NCBI GenBank assembly: GCA_973851085.1
Contig: OZ316775.1
Location: 11,966,001-12,030,000, forward strand
DNA: 64,000 nucleotides
Source of the DNA: Ptychomitrium polyphyllum
Taxonomy: Eukaryota
Reading direction: 5' to 3'
Shown here in pieces: positions 11,900 to 25,469 of this stretch; within the stretch, counting starts at the first letter, position 1, and each line of letters begins with the position of its first letter. Made by a program: the position numbers and the translations under genes. Below the pieces are notes generated by a model. That model did no database searches and was not told where the DNA came from. It was given only the letters and a program-made list of their open reading frames with translations.

Positions 11900-14800
11900 C
11901 CGAAGAACCTCTCTAATCCCCTCCTTCGGAATCCTTGGGTAATTGGGGACATAGTAAGGTGTGAGAAGCCAATGAATATAGTTCTACCTGCAATTCAGCA
12001 TAGGGGCAAGAAACAACAGCATATGTCAAGCGTTCAGATAAAATCCTTATTACAAGTATGTTAATTCCCTCCTTAAGTCTTATAAGAGTACAACGCCGCT
12101 TCACAAAACAAAAGATCAATTCTACGTCCTTCCAGCATCTTTTAAGCCTCTGCAGACAAATTTGCCCTGCACGTAAATACAAACAGTGGCCTCGACTGAC
12201 CCATTTGAGAACAAATATTTCGTGCTTGACCCGAAAATGCTTTCCTGTCTGAGATAATGATTAATCAGCTTTGTATGCCCGGTACTCCAAAGTCGTAGCA
12301 AGATCGCTTAACTGGGCAATTCTCTACTTCACGATGCACCTGTAACTGGTACAGGGGCGCTCCACTAAGATGCTGAACAACTCCTCACCTGCTCCGCAAG
12401 GCTCCCAACACGCTAGCATCTGCCAAAAAATGCTCGTATTCTCATGCTGGCAATGCTCGCAACGTCGGCAACGTCATCCCAGTCAGCAGTTACCTGCAAG
12501 GTCCGCAGCCGCTGCTTAGAGGTCCAACTCATGGACTAGTGACACATGCATTGAGCATGGTATGTGCCAACGGAATGGAAGATGTGAGACCACAAGGACA
12601 GACGTGAGAAACTGTACCCATTCAGACCCCTCTATCCTTGCAAGCCAGCACCCACATACCTCCTGCATAATCTAGCTACTCGTGCGGCCAATACACAAAC
12701 ACCAGGCCCCAGGTCAATTCGTCTGCAACAATCTTCAAACGCGTCGACATTACATCCACGATGCAGACCCACAATAGACGCCCGAGAGAACATCGAACCT
12801 TGGTCCCCGCTCAGCCCTGAGCCAGAAATACTGCTGTTCTGTAAATGACACAGCACTGGGGATCCACAGAACGCCACATTGTCACGAGGAACGACGAAAG
12901 AGAGATGCCAATGCCACCCAACTTGAAAGCCCACACATCACAAACCCGCTACACTCATTCAGTTGTTCACGAACTTCAGCGATGGGAGAACGTGAAGTAC
13001 CACATCCATCAGGTCAGCAATCGCTCCTTGCATGACCGAGGCTAGGACGCCAGAAGCAGTTCCTTCCAAGCTCACCCATCCTTCAAGACTGCATCATGCG
13101 TACCCTCCTGGTATTCCTCGCGCACTACAGGCTTGGAGGGAACACGGAATTGGTACAAGGTGCCCAACATCAGAGTATCACAAGTTGTCCCACCGCAATT
13201 CCCCCCAAGAGTTCTGACCTCTTCCTCTCCGGAGTGTCGCAACAAGTACAACATCTGTTGGCGCTCTGCTATTCCCCTCTGCCCAAGCCAGAAGTTCTGC
13301 ACGCCCCACTTCCGACCACATGACAGGACGTACTGGACAACGACCGCAGCTGCAGATTCTCAAGCATGCGCTTCACACCGATCCGCTTGCCGGAGCATAC
13401 TCCGTTGACGGTCCCCAGATGAGCTTTCCGCACTGCCCACATGACTGCACCATTTTGCACGGTCCAAGTCGGTCTAGAATGGGACTCATGCGTATGGGGC
13501 TGCAACGCCCGCTTGTCCAACGCTCTTCACCACATCTCCACCGCCTCCATCGGCGGCCGTCATCAACGATACTATCGCCATGAAAGCCCTGCCGGTCGGC
13601 CCAGAATCCGTAGTTCACGACCCAACCAACTCGTCAAGGGCCACCAACCAGACCGCAAAACCCCAACTCCTGAGACTACTCTGCCAGACGGAACGCGTGC
13701 TCAAAACTGCTCTCCGCACGGGCGACGAGCGAGCACCACGCCCGTGCACCGGCTCCGCGATGAAAATGCCAACACCGCTCCACGTCTTTCGCATACTTCC
13801 ACGGCCCCCGTCCAAACTGCTCTACCCGAATCTTGTTCGCAGAACTCCAGCCACTTCTTGACACTACCCTGTGTCTGCCAAGCATACCAGACTGTGCGAC
13901 CACGGCTCGCACTACAACTGCCTCAAAGGGCACCTGCTCAACGTCATTTCAGTACGAGGCGCGGCAGCTCATAAGAGTTACAGAGCCGACATGCCTGTGC
14001 GCGGCATCCATCCATCCTGGAGGTGGCACGATTCCCAACGAGCGAGAAAACCATACCGACACCTCCACCACACACCCAGGTCAAACAACGTACCCCTCCG
14101 TCCCAACCCTTCTCTGCACCCGTTTCTCCTCTTCACCACCTCCCTTCTAGGCGTGACAGACGACCAGCTGCACCCACTCTGCCTGTACTCGTGTTGACCG
14201 ACGAGGACACTCAGATTCCCAGAAACCCCATGCAACGGAGGCGAGGCCGAATCCGATCCTTCGACTCTGCCCAACTTGCACTTGCTCGGGCCCAAGGTCG
14301 TCTGGTCCCAGAATCAACAGCATTCACTGCCACAGCCGGAACTCCTCCAGTGTTCCGAACGAACCGGCAACACAGTCCGGAACCCCGCACGAAAATGGCA
14401 CGTACCCTGTCTTCCTGCGCGCACCAGGAATCGCGTCAGCCTCGCCTCCGGAGCATCCCCCAGGTCCTAGAACCACATGATCCCCTGCAAACCCCCACAT
14501 AATCTCTCAGCGACTCCGCCGAATCTCCATCCTCTCACACTGCAGCGTACATCAAACAGGCCATCGCGCCTTGGACCAAACCCCATCCCATGCATCGTAC
14601 CAGAAATGTACAAGGTTGTCTACACCTCCGTTTCAGCGATTCTCTACACCACCCGGGGAAAAAGGGAAGACCGAATTCCGAAGCGCGCCACAGTGCACCG
14701 CCCACGCGAATACAGCCCACCCAGTCGTACACCCCAAAGTACTCACAGACCGCGTAACCCCATCGAACTCGCAACCCCGAAACACCACTCAGAACCTCCC

Positions 14801-15430
14801 AAACCCCAGAAACCCGCTACACAGCTCCAAGCACGCAGTCGCCCACAACGCACCCTCCAGCCCACCCTCGTCCACAACCGCCACCGACACGTCACAAACC
14901 CTCGCCCCTCCATCCCCACGTCGAGGCCCTACCCCCCATCCACAACCCCACACCGGCAATCACCGCACCCAGATCTGCGCATTTCCAAGCCCCCGGAGCC
15001 GCACGAAGGCGCAGAACCGCATCACCCGCCCTGCTCACGCGGAAGCCCGCCCTCTGGTCTCGCGTGTCTTGAAACACATGGGCGTCCCCACGCTGATGGC
15101 TCCGCCATGGCGCCACAGGACAGCTCCACCTGCTTCACGAAGGAGCTCCTGCGAGGCCAAACTCGGGCAAGAGTGCCGCAGCACCGGCTTTCAGAAAACA
15201 CGCAGCATGACGACCGCGATGGCATTGCGGTTTTCACTTATTTCTCCCACGTGGGAGGGATTGTTCGTGACGGGGCATTATTTTGTGTTCCACTTGAGCT
15301 TGTGCGATCTGTCAATGGTGATGTGGTTCACGGGCAGCAATCACCAGAGAGTAAAGCGTGCAGCTTCAGCCCCCAAGTACTTTACAAAGCACTCGGCTCT
15401 CATGACTCGTGAGCGTTGGTGCGTGTTTAC
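11900..15430 (-). ncRNA. Putative spliced long non-coding transcript or orphan 5' leader region
   Basis: GC-rich, CpG-retaining island, G/T-skewed on the minus strand like the introns of the GTE gene. Several minus-strand donor-like sites (AGG/GTACGT ~14402, GGG/GTACGT ~14093, AGG/GTACGC ~13102, GAG/GTATGT ~12658, CAG/GTAACT ~12493, CAG/GTGAGG ~12388). No recognisable protein. Confidence 0.35.
15244..15257. promoter_or_regulatory. 14-bp perfect palindrome containing a G-box (CTCCCACGTGGGAG)
   Basis: CACGTG core with symmetric flanks, near the presumed 5' end of the minus-strand GC island. Confidence 0.45.
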
Positions 15431-15510
15431 TTTGGGGTGTGGGCCAGTTTGCACCTGACCTGTTGCGGGCTCGCACCGTGGGTTCGGGAGGCTCGCTGTC
15501 CACCCGTCGG

Positions 15511-15564
15511 CTGGGGACGTTTCTCCACCTCGTCGCCTGGGGAGGCTTTCTCCACCTCGTCGCC
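15511..15564 (+). repeat. ~27-bp tandem duplication (CTGGGGA..TTTCTCCACCTCGTCGCC x2)
   Basis: TTTCTCCACCTCGTCGCC occurs at 15520 and 15547. Confidence 0.85.
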
Positions 15565-15723
15565 ACGCTTGGTTTGCTTGAATCAAATCTGGTGGACAAG
15601 CCGGACAGATTCCTGTCCAATGTTGTTTTGTTGGAGCATCTCCACTGCCTTTAAGAACGGGGATACGGAATGGGTGACAGGGATGGAGATATGTCCTAAT
15701 TACCTTTCTTGTTATGGGCCAAG

Positions 15724-15795
15724 TATTTAACATGGTGTTATGAGTCAACTATTTAGCATGGTGTTATGGGTCAATTATTTAGCATGGTGTTATAG
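15724..15795 (+). repeat. 26-bp tandem repeat, ~2.8 copies (TATTTAGCATGGTGTTATGRGTCAAY)
   Basis: Units start at 15724, 15750 and 15776. Confidence 0.85.
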
Positions 15796-18753
15796 ATGAA
15801 TCTTATTAGCATATTTAGGAAGTTTGTGCAAATTGAAATAAAGGATATGAATAACATGGAAGTTTTGTAGGTGTTTGACGTATCATGTTAGAAAGTACTT
15901 ATTTTTATGAAATTTCAAATGTAAAAAGTTATGTGAGTTGTTAAGATTAAAAAAATGTAAGTGTAAAAGAATATATCATTAGTACTTTTTGTATGCAATA
16001 TCCAAGATCTTAGAAAATGGTAGAAATATTTGAAAGAGTATTTTCTATGGAATTATAATATTTTGATTTAAAGACCATTTAACAAATAATTATCTTAAAA
16101 TACGTAGCATTAAAGAATTTATTAGCCTTATACATTAATCAATCTTAAAGGACTATCTAATTTCAATTGATCCAAAATTTTGAATGGTAATTATATTTTA
16201 TGAATTTACATTTGTAATATCAAGTGTTGAAAATTTATTTAGGATCTATTGATAATTTTATTATATTTTTTTTTTCTATTTTTATGATAGTGAAATAAAA
16301 ATTATACTTGTACATATATGAAGAGTGGTAACTAAAAGCATAGAGGACGTACTAAATGGACTATATAAAATTGGTCAAAGATGCATACTAAGAAGTTTAA
16401 TTAAAATGGTTAATAAGTATGTTGCAAACCTTTTGTAGTGGTTGACATTCATACAGGACTAGAGATTGTTTTTTAATAATTTATCTTAAAATGATTATGT
16501 TTTATTTATTGTATTCAACTACCTAATTAGATTTTTCTTATTATTTATTTAATACAATATAATGTACTTAACTTTAATTTTTAGTAAATTTATTTTTTAA
16601 TATTATATTAAAAATATTCAATATTATTAATAACCTTTTATATTGTAATTATATAATTTTTTTCAAAATAATTACTTTATGCTTTAATGTTATAAATATT
16701 TGATTCATTTTTTTTTTTAATGTAGCCAAAATTCTTAATGAATTTATGATAAAAGTAGATGGAAAAAAAACATGGTATTATACCAATGCCAGTATTGAGA
16801 CTGTATATGTCAAAGAATAAAACTATTGACCAAAACTTCAATTTCCATTATACTTTTGTATTGTATGATTTTTTTAATTAGTATAATTTATACATTTATT
16901 ACAACCATTTTAGACCATATTAAATATAAGTATGATAACATGTTTTAATTCAAAGAAAGCTATTATAAAATAAATTAACACCCTACAAGTTAATGATACA
17001 ATTTTTTCAATTATTATAACAATTATATTCATTTGAAGAATATACATATCACTAAATATTGTATTGAAACTTAGATAGTTGTACAAAACGACTTTTAGCA
17101 ATTAGAGTTGATTCTCTTCATTGTAACAACATCCATACGTGCGGTATTAAGATAATTAAAATATAAATAATATTATTTAAGCATTTTTTATTTTTATTAT
17201 AAAATTTATACTTTAATTTCTCTAAAATTAAAATTACATATATAAAAATATATGTTCCAATATATTTAAAAACATATTCTTTGGACATAAAATAAATCTC
17301 TTACCGAAAATTCAAGATTCAAAATTATACTGGCTAAGCACTTTTGTTTTAGGTTTTTCACAAGCTTTTTAAATAATGATATCTAATATCTTTACATCAC
17401 TACATCCAAGATTGTGTCCACACAACATAAGTAAGAAATGCAAAGAAAGCACATCACATTCATAAAATACCATAAAATCATCAACTCATTTTCTTGGTAA
17501 TTGCCTCTTGTAGAGCATGATGATCGTTGCTAGTGTGCATCATCACAACGCAGCCTTCTGACTAAATAAGCCAATTGGAAGTGTAGTCACCATTACAAAG
17601 CCTCACCACAATCGAACTTATAGTCCGGGTACCAAATTAACTAACAGTCGATGAAAAAGCAGTCCGTCATCCCGCTGTCGTCCTCCGCTCGACGGACGTC
17701 CACCCAAACGACCGTCACATCCCCTCCTCGTCCCCAAGTCCGAACGATGGCTAAGACGACGGCGACTAAGAGATGGCGATGGGACCCAAAGGCGCGGATG
17801 CCGTGGCAAACGGCGATGCGGTCATGGAAGGTTTTGCAGCCAACAGCTCGCGGCCATGTCAGCAATGGCTGTGTAGCGGGAAGCGCGAAGCTTCCGCTTT
17901 CCTGGCCTCGGTCACGGGAGATAATTCCCCTACGCCCGCGCCTTCCTAGCGGACTACATAAGTTGGGATGGCAAAGGCGAGCGCTCAAGGGACCAGTGAG
18001 AGACGATTGTTGGTTGCTCAGTTGTGAGGCTGTTCGTTAGATACTCGTCCGATGGTTCTAGACGCCGGAGCGGTAGTTTGAGCGGCAGTTTGGAAAGCCT
18101 GGAGGGAAGGAAGGGGGGGAGCGCCGGGGCGGGCTGGGAAGGGCAGGGTGGGGCGGGCTCGAACGGCGAGCACGACGACGCCGCTGCGCCTTGCGATCCA
18201 GGGTTTGGGTGAACCCTAACTGGATGAGCGCCATCTCGCGCTGCTGCAGTGCTGTTTAGATCGGCGTCCCCACGGACGTGCCGTCTTGCAGGTTCGGCTC
18301 GTCCTGCCGCAGGCTCGGGGACTTCCATGAGTTGCTCCAATTCTGTTTTCCTGAATATCCAACCTTGTGAGACCGAGCGGGGTGTCAGGTTGCGGCGGCT
18401 TGCGCCTGCGTGACCTAGGGAAGCACTCGTAGTTGGAGTGCGAGATTGAAGGTGTCAGGGGAGGTTTTCGGGGGTGGTATGTTGGCTTAGGCTGAGGTCA
18501 AGATCTAGGACGGCTGTCCATAAGGGTCTCCTGCTCTTTCTTTTGTTTCTTGGTGGAGGTAGAGGGCGGCCGTTCCAGAAGGCGTCTGCTGTTTGTGGCT
18601 GGTTGTACCTGTATGTGTGTTTCTTATTCTCGCGAGTGTCATGTTGACAGAGTTTGTGGTTGGGCGGCTTCCTAAATCGGCATTTGCCGGCTTTCAATGG
18701 ACTTGTAAAGAAATAGTCTCGGGGGTGGTGGTGCCTCCGTCTCGGCCGCATGT

Positions 18754-21700
18754 ATGGCGTCCGCGTTTCTTCACACTTATGAGCGCCATAATAATCCTTA
18801 CTCCCTAGGCTCGGACGATATGATGAAGAAAGGGCTGAAAATGGGAAAACCTGGCTCTGACGCCGCTCAGGACCTTCGGGTTCTGAAACGGAAATCGATG
18901 AGCTTGAACCACGACAATTTCCAGGCATCGCCTATCGGGAGTAGCGCGGATCTTGCGAAGCTCTCCCGGGATCAGAGGAGTGAGTTGAGGAAAAAGCTGA
19001 AAAGAAACATCGAGGAAGTGAAGGCCGTGGGCTCGAAGATTGAGACGTGGTTGGACCTTCTCCAGAAGAGCAAACAGCAGCCCAGCGGGCTGAAACCGGA
19101 CATGAAGCCTCACGCGCACGGCGGTGAGGCGAAACCGTTGCGAGCAGATGACAACGGGCAGGGCAGGAAGGACGTGGCGTCCGTGCTGTCGGACCCCGCG
19201 TCGTCGTCCGGCGAGACTCCCCGCGACATGCCGAAAGAGATGTCGCAAAGAGAAGCCAGGCTTGCCCGGCAGCCGAGTGTCGTGGTGCCCGAGGCATCAG
19301 CTGGGACCCCGAGCGAGAAGATGAAGCGGACCCCGAAGGCGAACCCGACGTACGTGAACGACGAGTTCGTGTCGGGGAAGGATAGGATGCCCCCTCCGGA
19401 GAAGGCGCGGCCGAAGAAGATGGTGCCGGGCAGGGGGGACAAGGACCCCCGGAGGCAGAAGGTGGAGGCCGCGCGCGCGAAGAGAATGTCGGACATGCTG
19501 AAGCAGTGCACGACGCTGCTGCGGAAGCTGATGCAGCACAAGCACGGGTGGGTGTTCAACGACCCCGTGGACGCGGAGAAGCTGGGGCTGCACGACTACC
19601 ACTCGATCATAAAGAAGCCGATGGACCTGGGGACGATCAAGAAGAGGCTGCACCTGAAGCAGTACCCGACGCCCGCGGAGTTCGCCGAGGACATCCAGCT
19701 GACGTTCTCGAACGCGATGACGTACAACCCGGTAGGGCACGACGTGTTCGTGATGGCGGAGCTGCTGAAGAACATCTTCGAGGAGTGGTGGAAGAACATG
19801 AGCAAGAAGCTGGAGGAGGAGAGGAGGCGGGTGGACAGGGAGGAGGAGATGCTGGCGAACGACGACGACTCGTTCGAGGAGCCGGGGGATGTCCGGCGGG
19901 GCGAGAGGGACCTGCATTCGCTGACGCGGGGGAAGTCGAGCTCGCGGCTAGGGTCGCAGCCGAAGCCGCGGCCGGACGACATAGGGAAGAGGCCGATGAC
20001 GTTCGAGGAGAAGAGGAAGCTGAGCGTGAACCTGGAGAGGCTGCCGGGGGAGAAGCTGGAGCGCATTGTACAGATAATAAAGAAGAGGAACCCGGATCTG
20101 GGGCAGAATGAGGACGAGATCGAGGTGGACATCGACTCGTTCGACAACGACACGCTGTGGGAGCTGGACCGGTTCGTGACGAACTACATGAAGAGCAGGG
20201 GCAAGAAGGCGAAGTCGAAGGCTCAGGCGCAGCGCGGAGAGTTCCAGGTTCGGAATCCGTGCCCTCTGTGGTGTGAGTGTGGGGTGGGACGTGGTGGGAA
20301 GCCCGGTGCGTGGTCTGGAATGCCGTTTCGGCGTGGAGTGGCGCGACCACTGTGGAAACGGCATGTAGGGCATTCAGGGGGTTGCCCGGGCCGCAAGTCT
20401 GCAGGGGTGTGGAAAACGGGAGGCGGTTTTGGGCTCCTTGAGCCCGAAGAGAAACATGCGATGCTTGTCTGTGATGCTGTGCGGGGAGGAAGTGTGTCGT
20501 GGTTGAGCAGGAGCGAGGTGCGGCATTGGTATGGTGGTAACACGGCGTACTGATGGTGTGTCGTTGGGTGTGGATGCAGGGTGCTGTACCGGAAGGCAGC
20601 GCAGGTAGAAAATCTCGACTAGGTGAGGGGTGTACATCCGTCTGGTTTGTGGGGTGGGTTGGATGCGGGAGTGTGTGGGGTGGTGGGTGCGAGGAGAGAG
20701 GAGGCGAGTCCATGTGCACGTGGTTGACGTGGTCGTTTTGTTCAGGCGGAGACGGCGGAGAGAAGGATGTAGATATCGACGACGACCTGGCTCCCACGAA
20801 GTTCGCTCCCGTGGTGATTGACAAGGGCAGAGATTCCAGCAGCTCTGGCAGCGACAGCAGCGACTCGGGAAGCTCCGACAGTGGTAAGTGGCCGGCGACG
20901 AGCCGTTACCCCGGGGCTTGCAGTGGGTGGTGTTTTGCTGTTGTTTCTAGGCCCGCAGGTGTCTCGGGCCGACATGGATGTAGTCACGAACGGTCAGGCC
21001 CGGGTTCGCCCGGTGCGTGGCCCCCCCCCCCCGGGCCCCGGTCGGGGAAGCCGATGCGAGGGGGCTTGCAGTGGGTTTGTGCGGGGAGCGGAGTGCTGAC
21101 GTTGAGGCGTGCGATGTGCAGATTCCGACTCCGGAAGTTCATCGGGGAGTGAGTCCGATGCCGAGGATGGGCAGACAGGCGGTGCTGGACCCAAAGCATC
21201 ACATGATAAGGTGTGAATGAGGTCCTAAAGAGAATACGACTACATAAGGACTCGGAAAGGCCATGAGCTCTGGGCGGGTGTTTCTTGTAGGAGTGCTAGG
21301 CTTTGCTCATGGTCTTTCCTTGGCTTGGTTGTGGTTTGTTTGTTGGCAGCCCTTTGACTTTTCTGTGCAGCAGGCTCGAGGGCCTGGTGCGAGGATATTG
21401 GTTCTCTAGCTTTGGCTTTAGTTGAAGTCAGGAGGGCTTGCGAGTGTTTCCTACAGTTTGAACTTACCGTGGGAGAGGAGGCTGAAACATGCCAGTCGAT
21501 TGCGGATTGTCCACCGCAACCGGTGCAGGACCATGTGGGTACAGACCCCGCGCGTGAGCCCAAAGACAGCCCTATCCTGGTGCAAGAGGCGACGCTAAGT
21601 GGGTGCTCTAATGCCTGATTGTGCTGGTTTTGTGTTGTCAGGATTGTGGAGGCTGTTAGTGAATAAATCGTATTTGTTTTAGGTTTGTCTTTCTGAGGAG

Positions 21701-23217
21701 TCGTGTTTTGTATTTGTAGGTTTTGTAGTGTCGAACGTTCCTGTGTCTGTTCGAATGTGGGAGTTAGTTGTGTTAGTGAATTTTAATCCTGGACTTGTGA
21801 TAATGTTTTTTTGGTTACAGGAGATGATCCTGTAGTGCCTGAGGAAAATCCTTTAGAGAGGCTAGTTGTGCAAGAGAAAAGTCCGACGGTTAGGCAAGTT
21901 TCACCAGAGAAGCAACTACGAGCTGCTTTGTTGAAGGGGCGTTTTGCGGATTTAATAGTGAAATCTCAAGAAAAGTCACTTCCAGACAATAAGGTAAGTA
22001 CTCGTAGTAACTTATTTTTCTCATTTTACATTTTTAAGTGCTACAGTGGAATCTTTGACGAGTGTACATGTTCAGATAATGTGGATATCTAAATTCTGAA
22101 GACCTATTTAGATTCGAGTGTTAGGTCTTTTTAGTCCTTGAGCAGTTTAGTGGTATCCGTTTCACAACAGACTTGCTGTGGTCTTAGTAAGGACTTTGTT
22201 TAATTCCGTTTTGTACTTGTGTTCCCTGTGTAATGACGTTGGATTTGTGTATTTAGTGGTTGTCACATGTCTGTGTATTAAGAGCTGGTACTTGTTGGAT
22301 CATGTAATTCAAGTGACACATCATGCTTTTATGCTATGTTTGAGAGGTTGTGAAGTGCATGTTCGTCTACTGACGTCTACGTTGTTTCACCAGAATGACA
22401 AGGTGGACCCAGAAAAATTGAAAAGAGATCGTGAAGAGATGGAGCGAAGACAAAGAGAAGGTACGTTGCTATGGTGTGTACGCAAGTACCTCTAATTGGA
22501 TTGGTCGACATCTTTCGATTTCTTCGTGGTGATTGTCCTTTTTAAGTAACTTGAACTATTTGTTTCTGAGTTCGCGTGTTCAGTAGCATGCGCTTGATTT
22601 TTTGGTATTTTGCTACTGCAGAGAAGGCAAGGTTGCATGCTGAGGCGAAGGCAGCTGAAAACATGAAGCGGAAGGCCGAAGCAGAGGCTGCCCTCGTTGA
22701 GAAGCAAAAGAGAGAGGTTGAACGTGATGAGGCACGTCGCGCATTGCAGCGGGTATTGCCCGCGCACTCGTATTGGTGACATCGGGTGCTGGTATGAAGC
22801 GGTTGTTTGGTTGATGTTTTTGCTAACAAGTTTTTCTGACAGCGTTATGTCGTGTGTGGGGGTATGCAGATGGAGAAGACAGTGGAGATCGACGAGAACA
22901 GTGCGATTTTGAACGATTTAGAGAGGCTGAGGTCTGGCCCCTTGGAGTCTATGCTGGGATCGGCGCATGATGTAGGCAACCATGAAGAGGGTTCACCCGA
23001 CGGGTCATCGACTATTGCCCTTCAAGGTGGTAGCAATCCATTGGAGCAACTGGGTCTGTTCATGAGGAATGACGAGGATGACGACGAACCTCATGACGAC
23101 GAGGATGATGAGATGGATGGCGAGTCTGCTGAAGCTGTGAAGGCGGATGCTGCTGGTGACGAGGACGAGCCGGTGGACGTGGATGATGTAGAGGACGGAG
23201 AGATCGACGTTGACTAG
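18754..23217 (+). CDS. GTE: BET-family bromodomain + ET domain transcription regulator (global transcription factor group E, with GTE8/9/10-type C-terminus)
   Basis: Bromodomain KLMQHKHGWVFNDPVD...YHSIIKKPMDLGTIK...FSNAMTYNP; ET domain MTFEEKRKLSVNLERLPGEKLERIVQII...EIEVDIDSFDNDTLWEL; C-terminal SPEKQLRAALLKGRFADLI, coiled coil, NPLEQLGLFM, DVEDGEID. Exons ~18754-20247, 20580-20604, 20746-20883, 21122-21210, 21457-~21598 (donor uncertain), 21821-21993, 22394-22460, 22622-22752, 22870-23217 with GT-AG introns. Confidence 0.93.
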
Positions 23218-24384
23218 CTGTGGTAGTGGTAGTCGGTTAGAGTGTAACATGTACCATGTCTTTGATGGGGAACTTTTTCGCAAAAAGTAATGTGTTGTGC
23301 GGGGGGTAAATTTTGTTCCTTCCTGCAGGTTCTCTGGTAGCGGAGAGAGAAGGTAGGTAGAAGAAAGACCTGGAGGAGCTTCGGATCTGCTGTGAAATGG
23401 GAAGGTGTTGGAGCGTGTAGGCATTGTACAATGGTAAAGCGTAGACGTGCGGAAGACATCCCAGGATTGTAGGAAGTTAGTAAAGGAAAGAAAGAAGATA
23501 GTGGGCATGTGTCTTTTGTGAAAAGGAAATGAATACGAAAATTTGAAAGATGAGTCTATATGACTATCAAACGAACTGGTGAATGCCGCTCTTGAGTCTG
23601 AAAACATTTTGATTATTGTTCAGCCTGTGAACTGCAGATTCATTGCTAGGTCTTGGACGGTTTTTTTTCCCTTGCATGTCTTAGCTCTTTACAAGAAACA
23701 GGAATATGGCCAGGTACTCCACTGTAGACACTACAATTAGCATACTGTAGAAGTGGAGTACTGTTCGTCATGGTCCAAGTCATCAGGCCGTTATGTTACT
23801 GGTCCTTTAGAACTTCTGTTATCTGCCGGTATTTGAGATTATTGGAAATTGGGGGTTAACATGTCGGAGTAGATTACTTCAACCAAATTTTTGAAGTAAA
23901 CTTCCTTTTTTCGGATAGAGTATCAATGGATACAAAGTATATTGCATTCAAATCTTTGAGAGGAGTGGGAGAGTCTTTAAAAAGAATGTATGTCATAGCT
24001 TTTGGCTAATGGAAGCTCCTTCTCATTGTCCATTCTGTAATGTAGTATGTAGCAACTTTCCAAGAAAGTTTCCAAACTTTCCATGATCCTTTCTAAGAAA
24101 ATTGTTGAACTTAGTTGAATATCTTTTTAGTTCACAATCGTAACAACTACTTTAGATTTAATTGTCATTTCAATTTTAGTATTCATTTTTAGTGTTCATT
24201 TTTTAGTATTCATTTTTAGTGTTCATTAAATGATTAATTTATCTTCCGTACGATAGGTTTCACCAATGGGAATATTGATGGAAAATAGAGAAATAATTAG
24301 AGAAGTAATCAGAATAACTAAGATAGGTAGGAGATAGGATATAGGTGTAAAGTGCACCTCTTACACCTTATTTCTTCTAAAATG

Positions 24385-24677
24385 AAATGTGAAAATAAGA
24401 ATATAAAAACCATTACATGTTAAGTATTGATAGTTAATGTTTATTTCCAAAGGGAACTACATTAAAATGGTTTTAGCTACCTTAGCACCTATTACACCTT
24501 TTTTCTTCTAAAAAGATTGGTGACATTTTGTGCACTAATTGAAGGCCCTATCGAATCTTTAAAAAAATGTTTAATTAAATGTAAAAATAAGAATATAAAA
24601 ATCATTATATGTTAAGTATTGATAGTTAATGTTTATTTCCGAAGGGAACTACATTAAAAATGGTTTTAGGTACCTTA
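24385..24677 (+). repeat. ~100-bp direct repeat, two copies (24385-24484 and 24577-24677)
   Basis: AAATGT(G/A)AAAATAAGAATATAAAAA...GGGAACTACATTAAAA(A)TGGTTTTAG(C/G)TACCTTA; only a few substitutions between copies. Confidence 0.85.
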
Positions 24678-25469
24678 TCAACGATTTATACTATATATAC
24701 AATGAACTTTCACTATATTATAAATATAAAAAATGTACATTAATTTCATTGAAAACTCGAAATTACACTAATTTTTAAAATGATTGAACATAGCCACGTG
24801 CATTATAAAATACATTACATTATTCCCAGTTCTGTATGACATGAATAAATTGCGATCGAAGATTATTCAACTTATAATTGTAATGAAATGTTCAATTTAT
24901 AGGATGAAAAATTGAAGACTAAATAAAAAGAATATTTGTAAGCTTTAATAGACTTTATGAGCTTCACTTTGTTAAATACTTAGGTAAGTTTAATTAAGTG
25001 AGTTCAAGTGCAATTGGTCGATTTTGAGACATCAAATGAGTTTCAATCCAAAATCCAAATTCAACCACATTGTAATTGTTTTCCCTACCTGTTTTAAATT
25101 TGGGATTGTATGTAAAATTTAAATAGAGAATAACCCAAACTTACCATAACAAGTGACGCCCTTCTGCAAAAACTACTCACAGAAAAAAAGGAAAAAATAA
25201 AAATAAAATTGAAAAATATCATATCCTATGAGAAACCGAAATGCTGAATCATCATCTGCCAGCCAGTGGCTTTGTGGGTGTCTGGGGTGAACTTACTGGG
25301 AGCAAAAAAAGGATTTTAAATGGCAGTCTATGAACGTTACTCAAAACCAACAGTTGTACACTTGACAGCAAGCGGAAGTGGGCTCTAAAAATAAACTCTT
25401 TCGAACTCTCTACAAAGGATGTCATTGACAAGAGAAAGCACTAACATCACTACAGCTCTAGGTTTCATT

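Noticed and set aside
14477..15458. Long + strand ORFs (311 and 295 aa)
   Set aside because: Pro/His/Thr/Arg-rich translations expected from a C-rich strand; overlapping frames and no domain motifs.
18805..20824. Multiple long antisense and alternate-frame ORFs over GTE exon 1
   Set aside because: Shadow ORFs caused by extreme GC3 in the real CDS.
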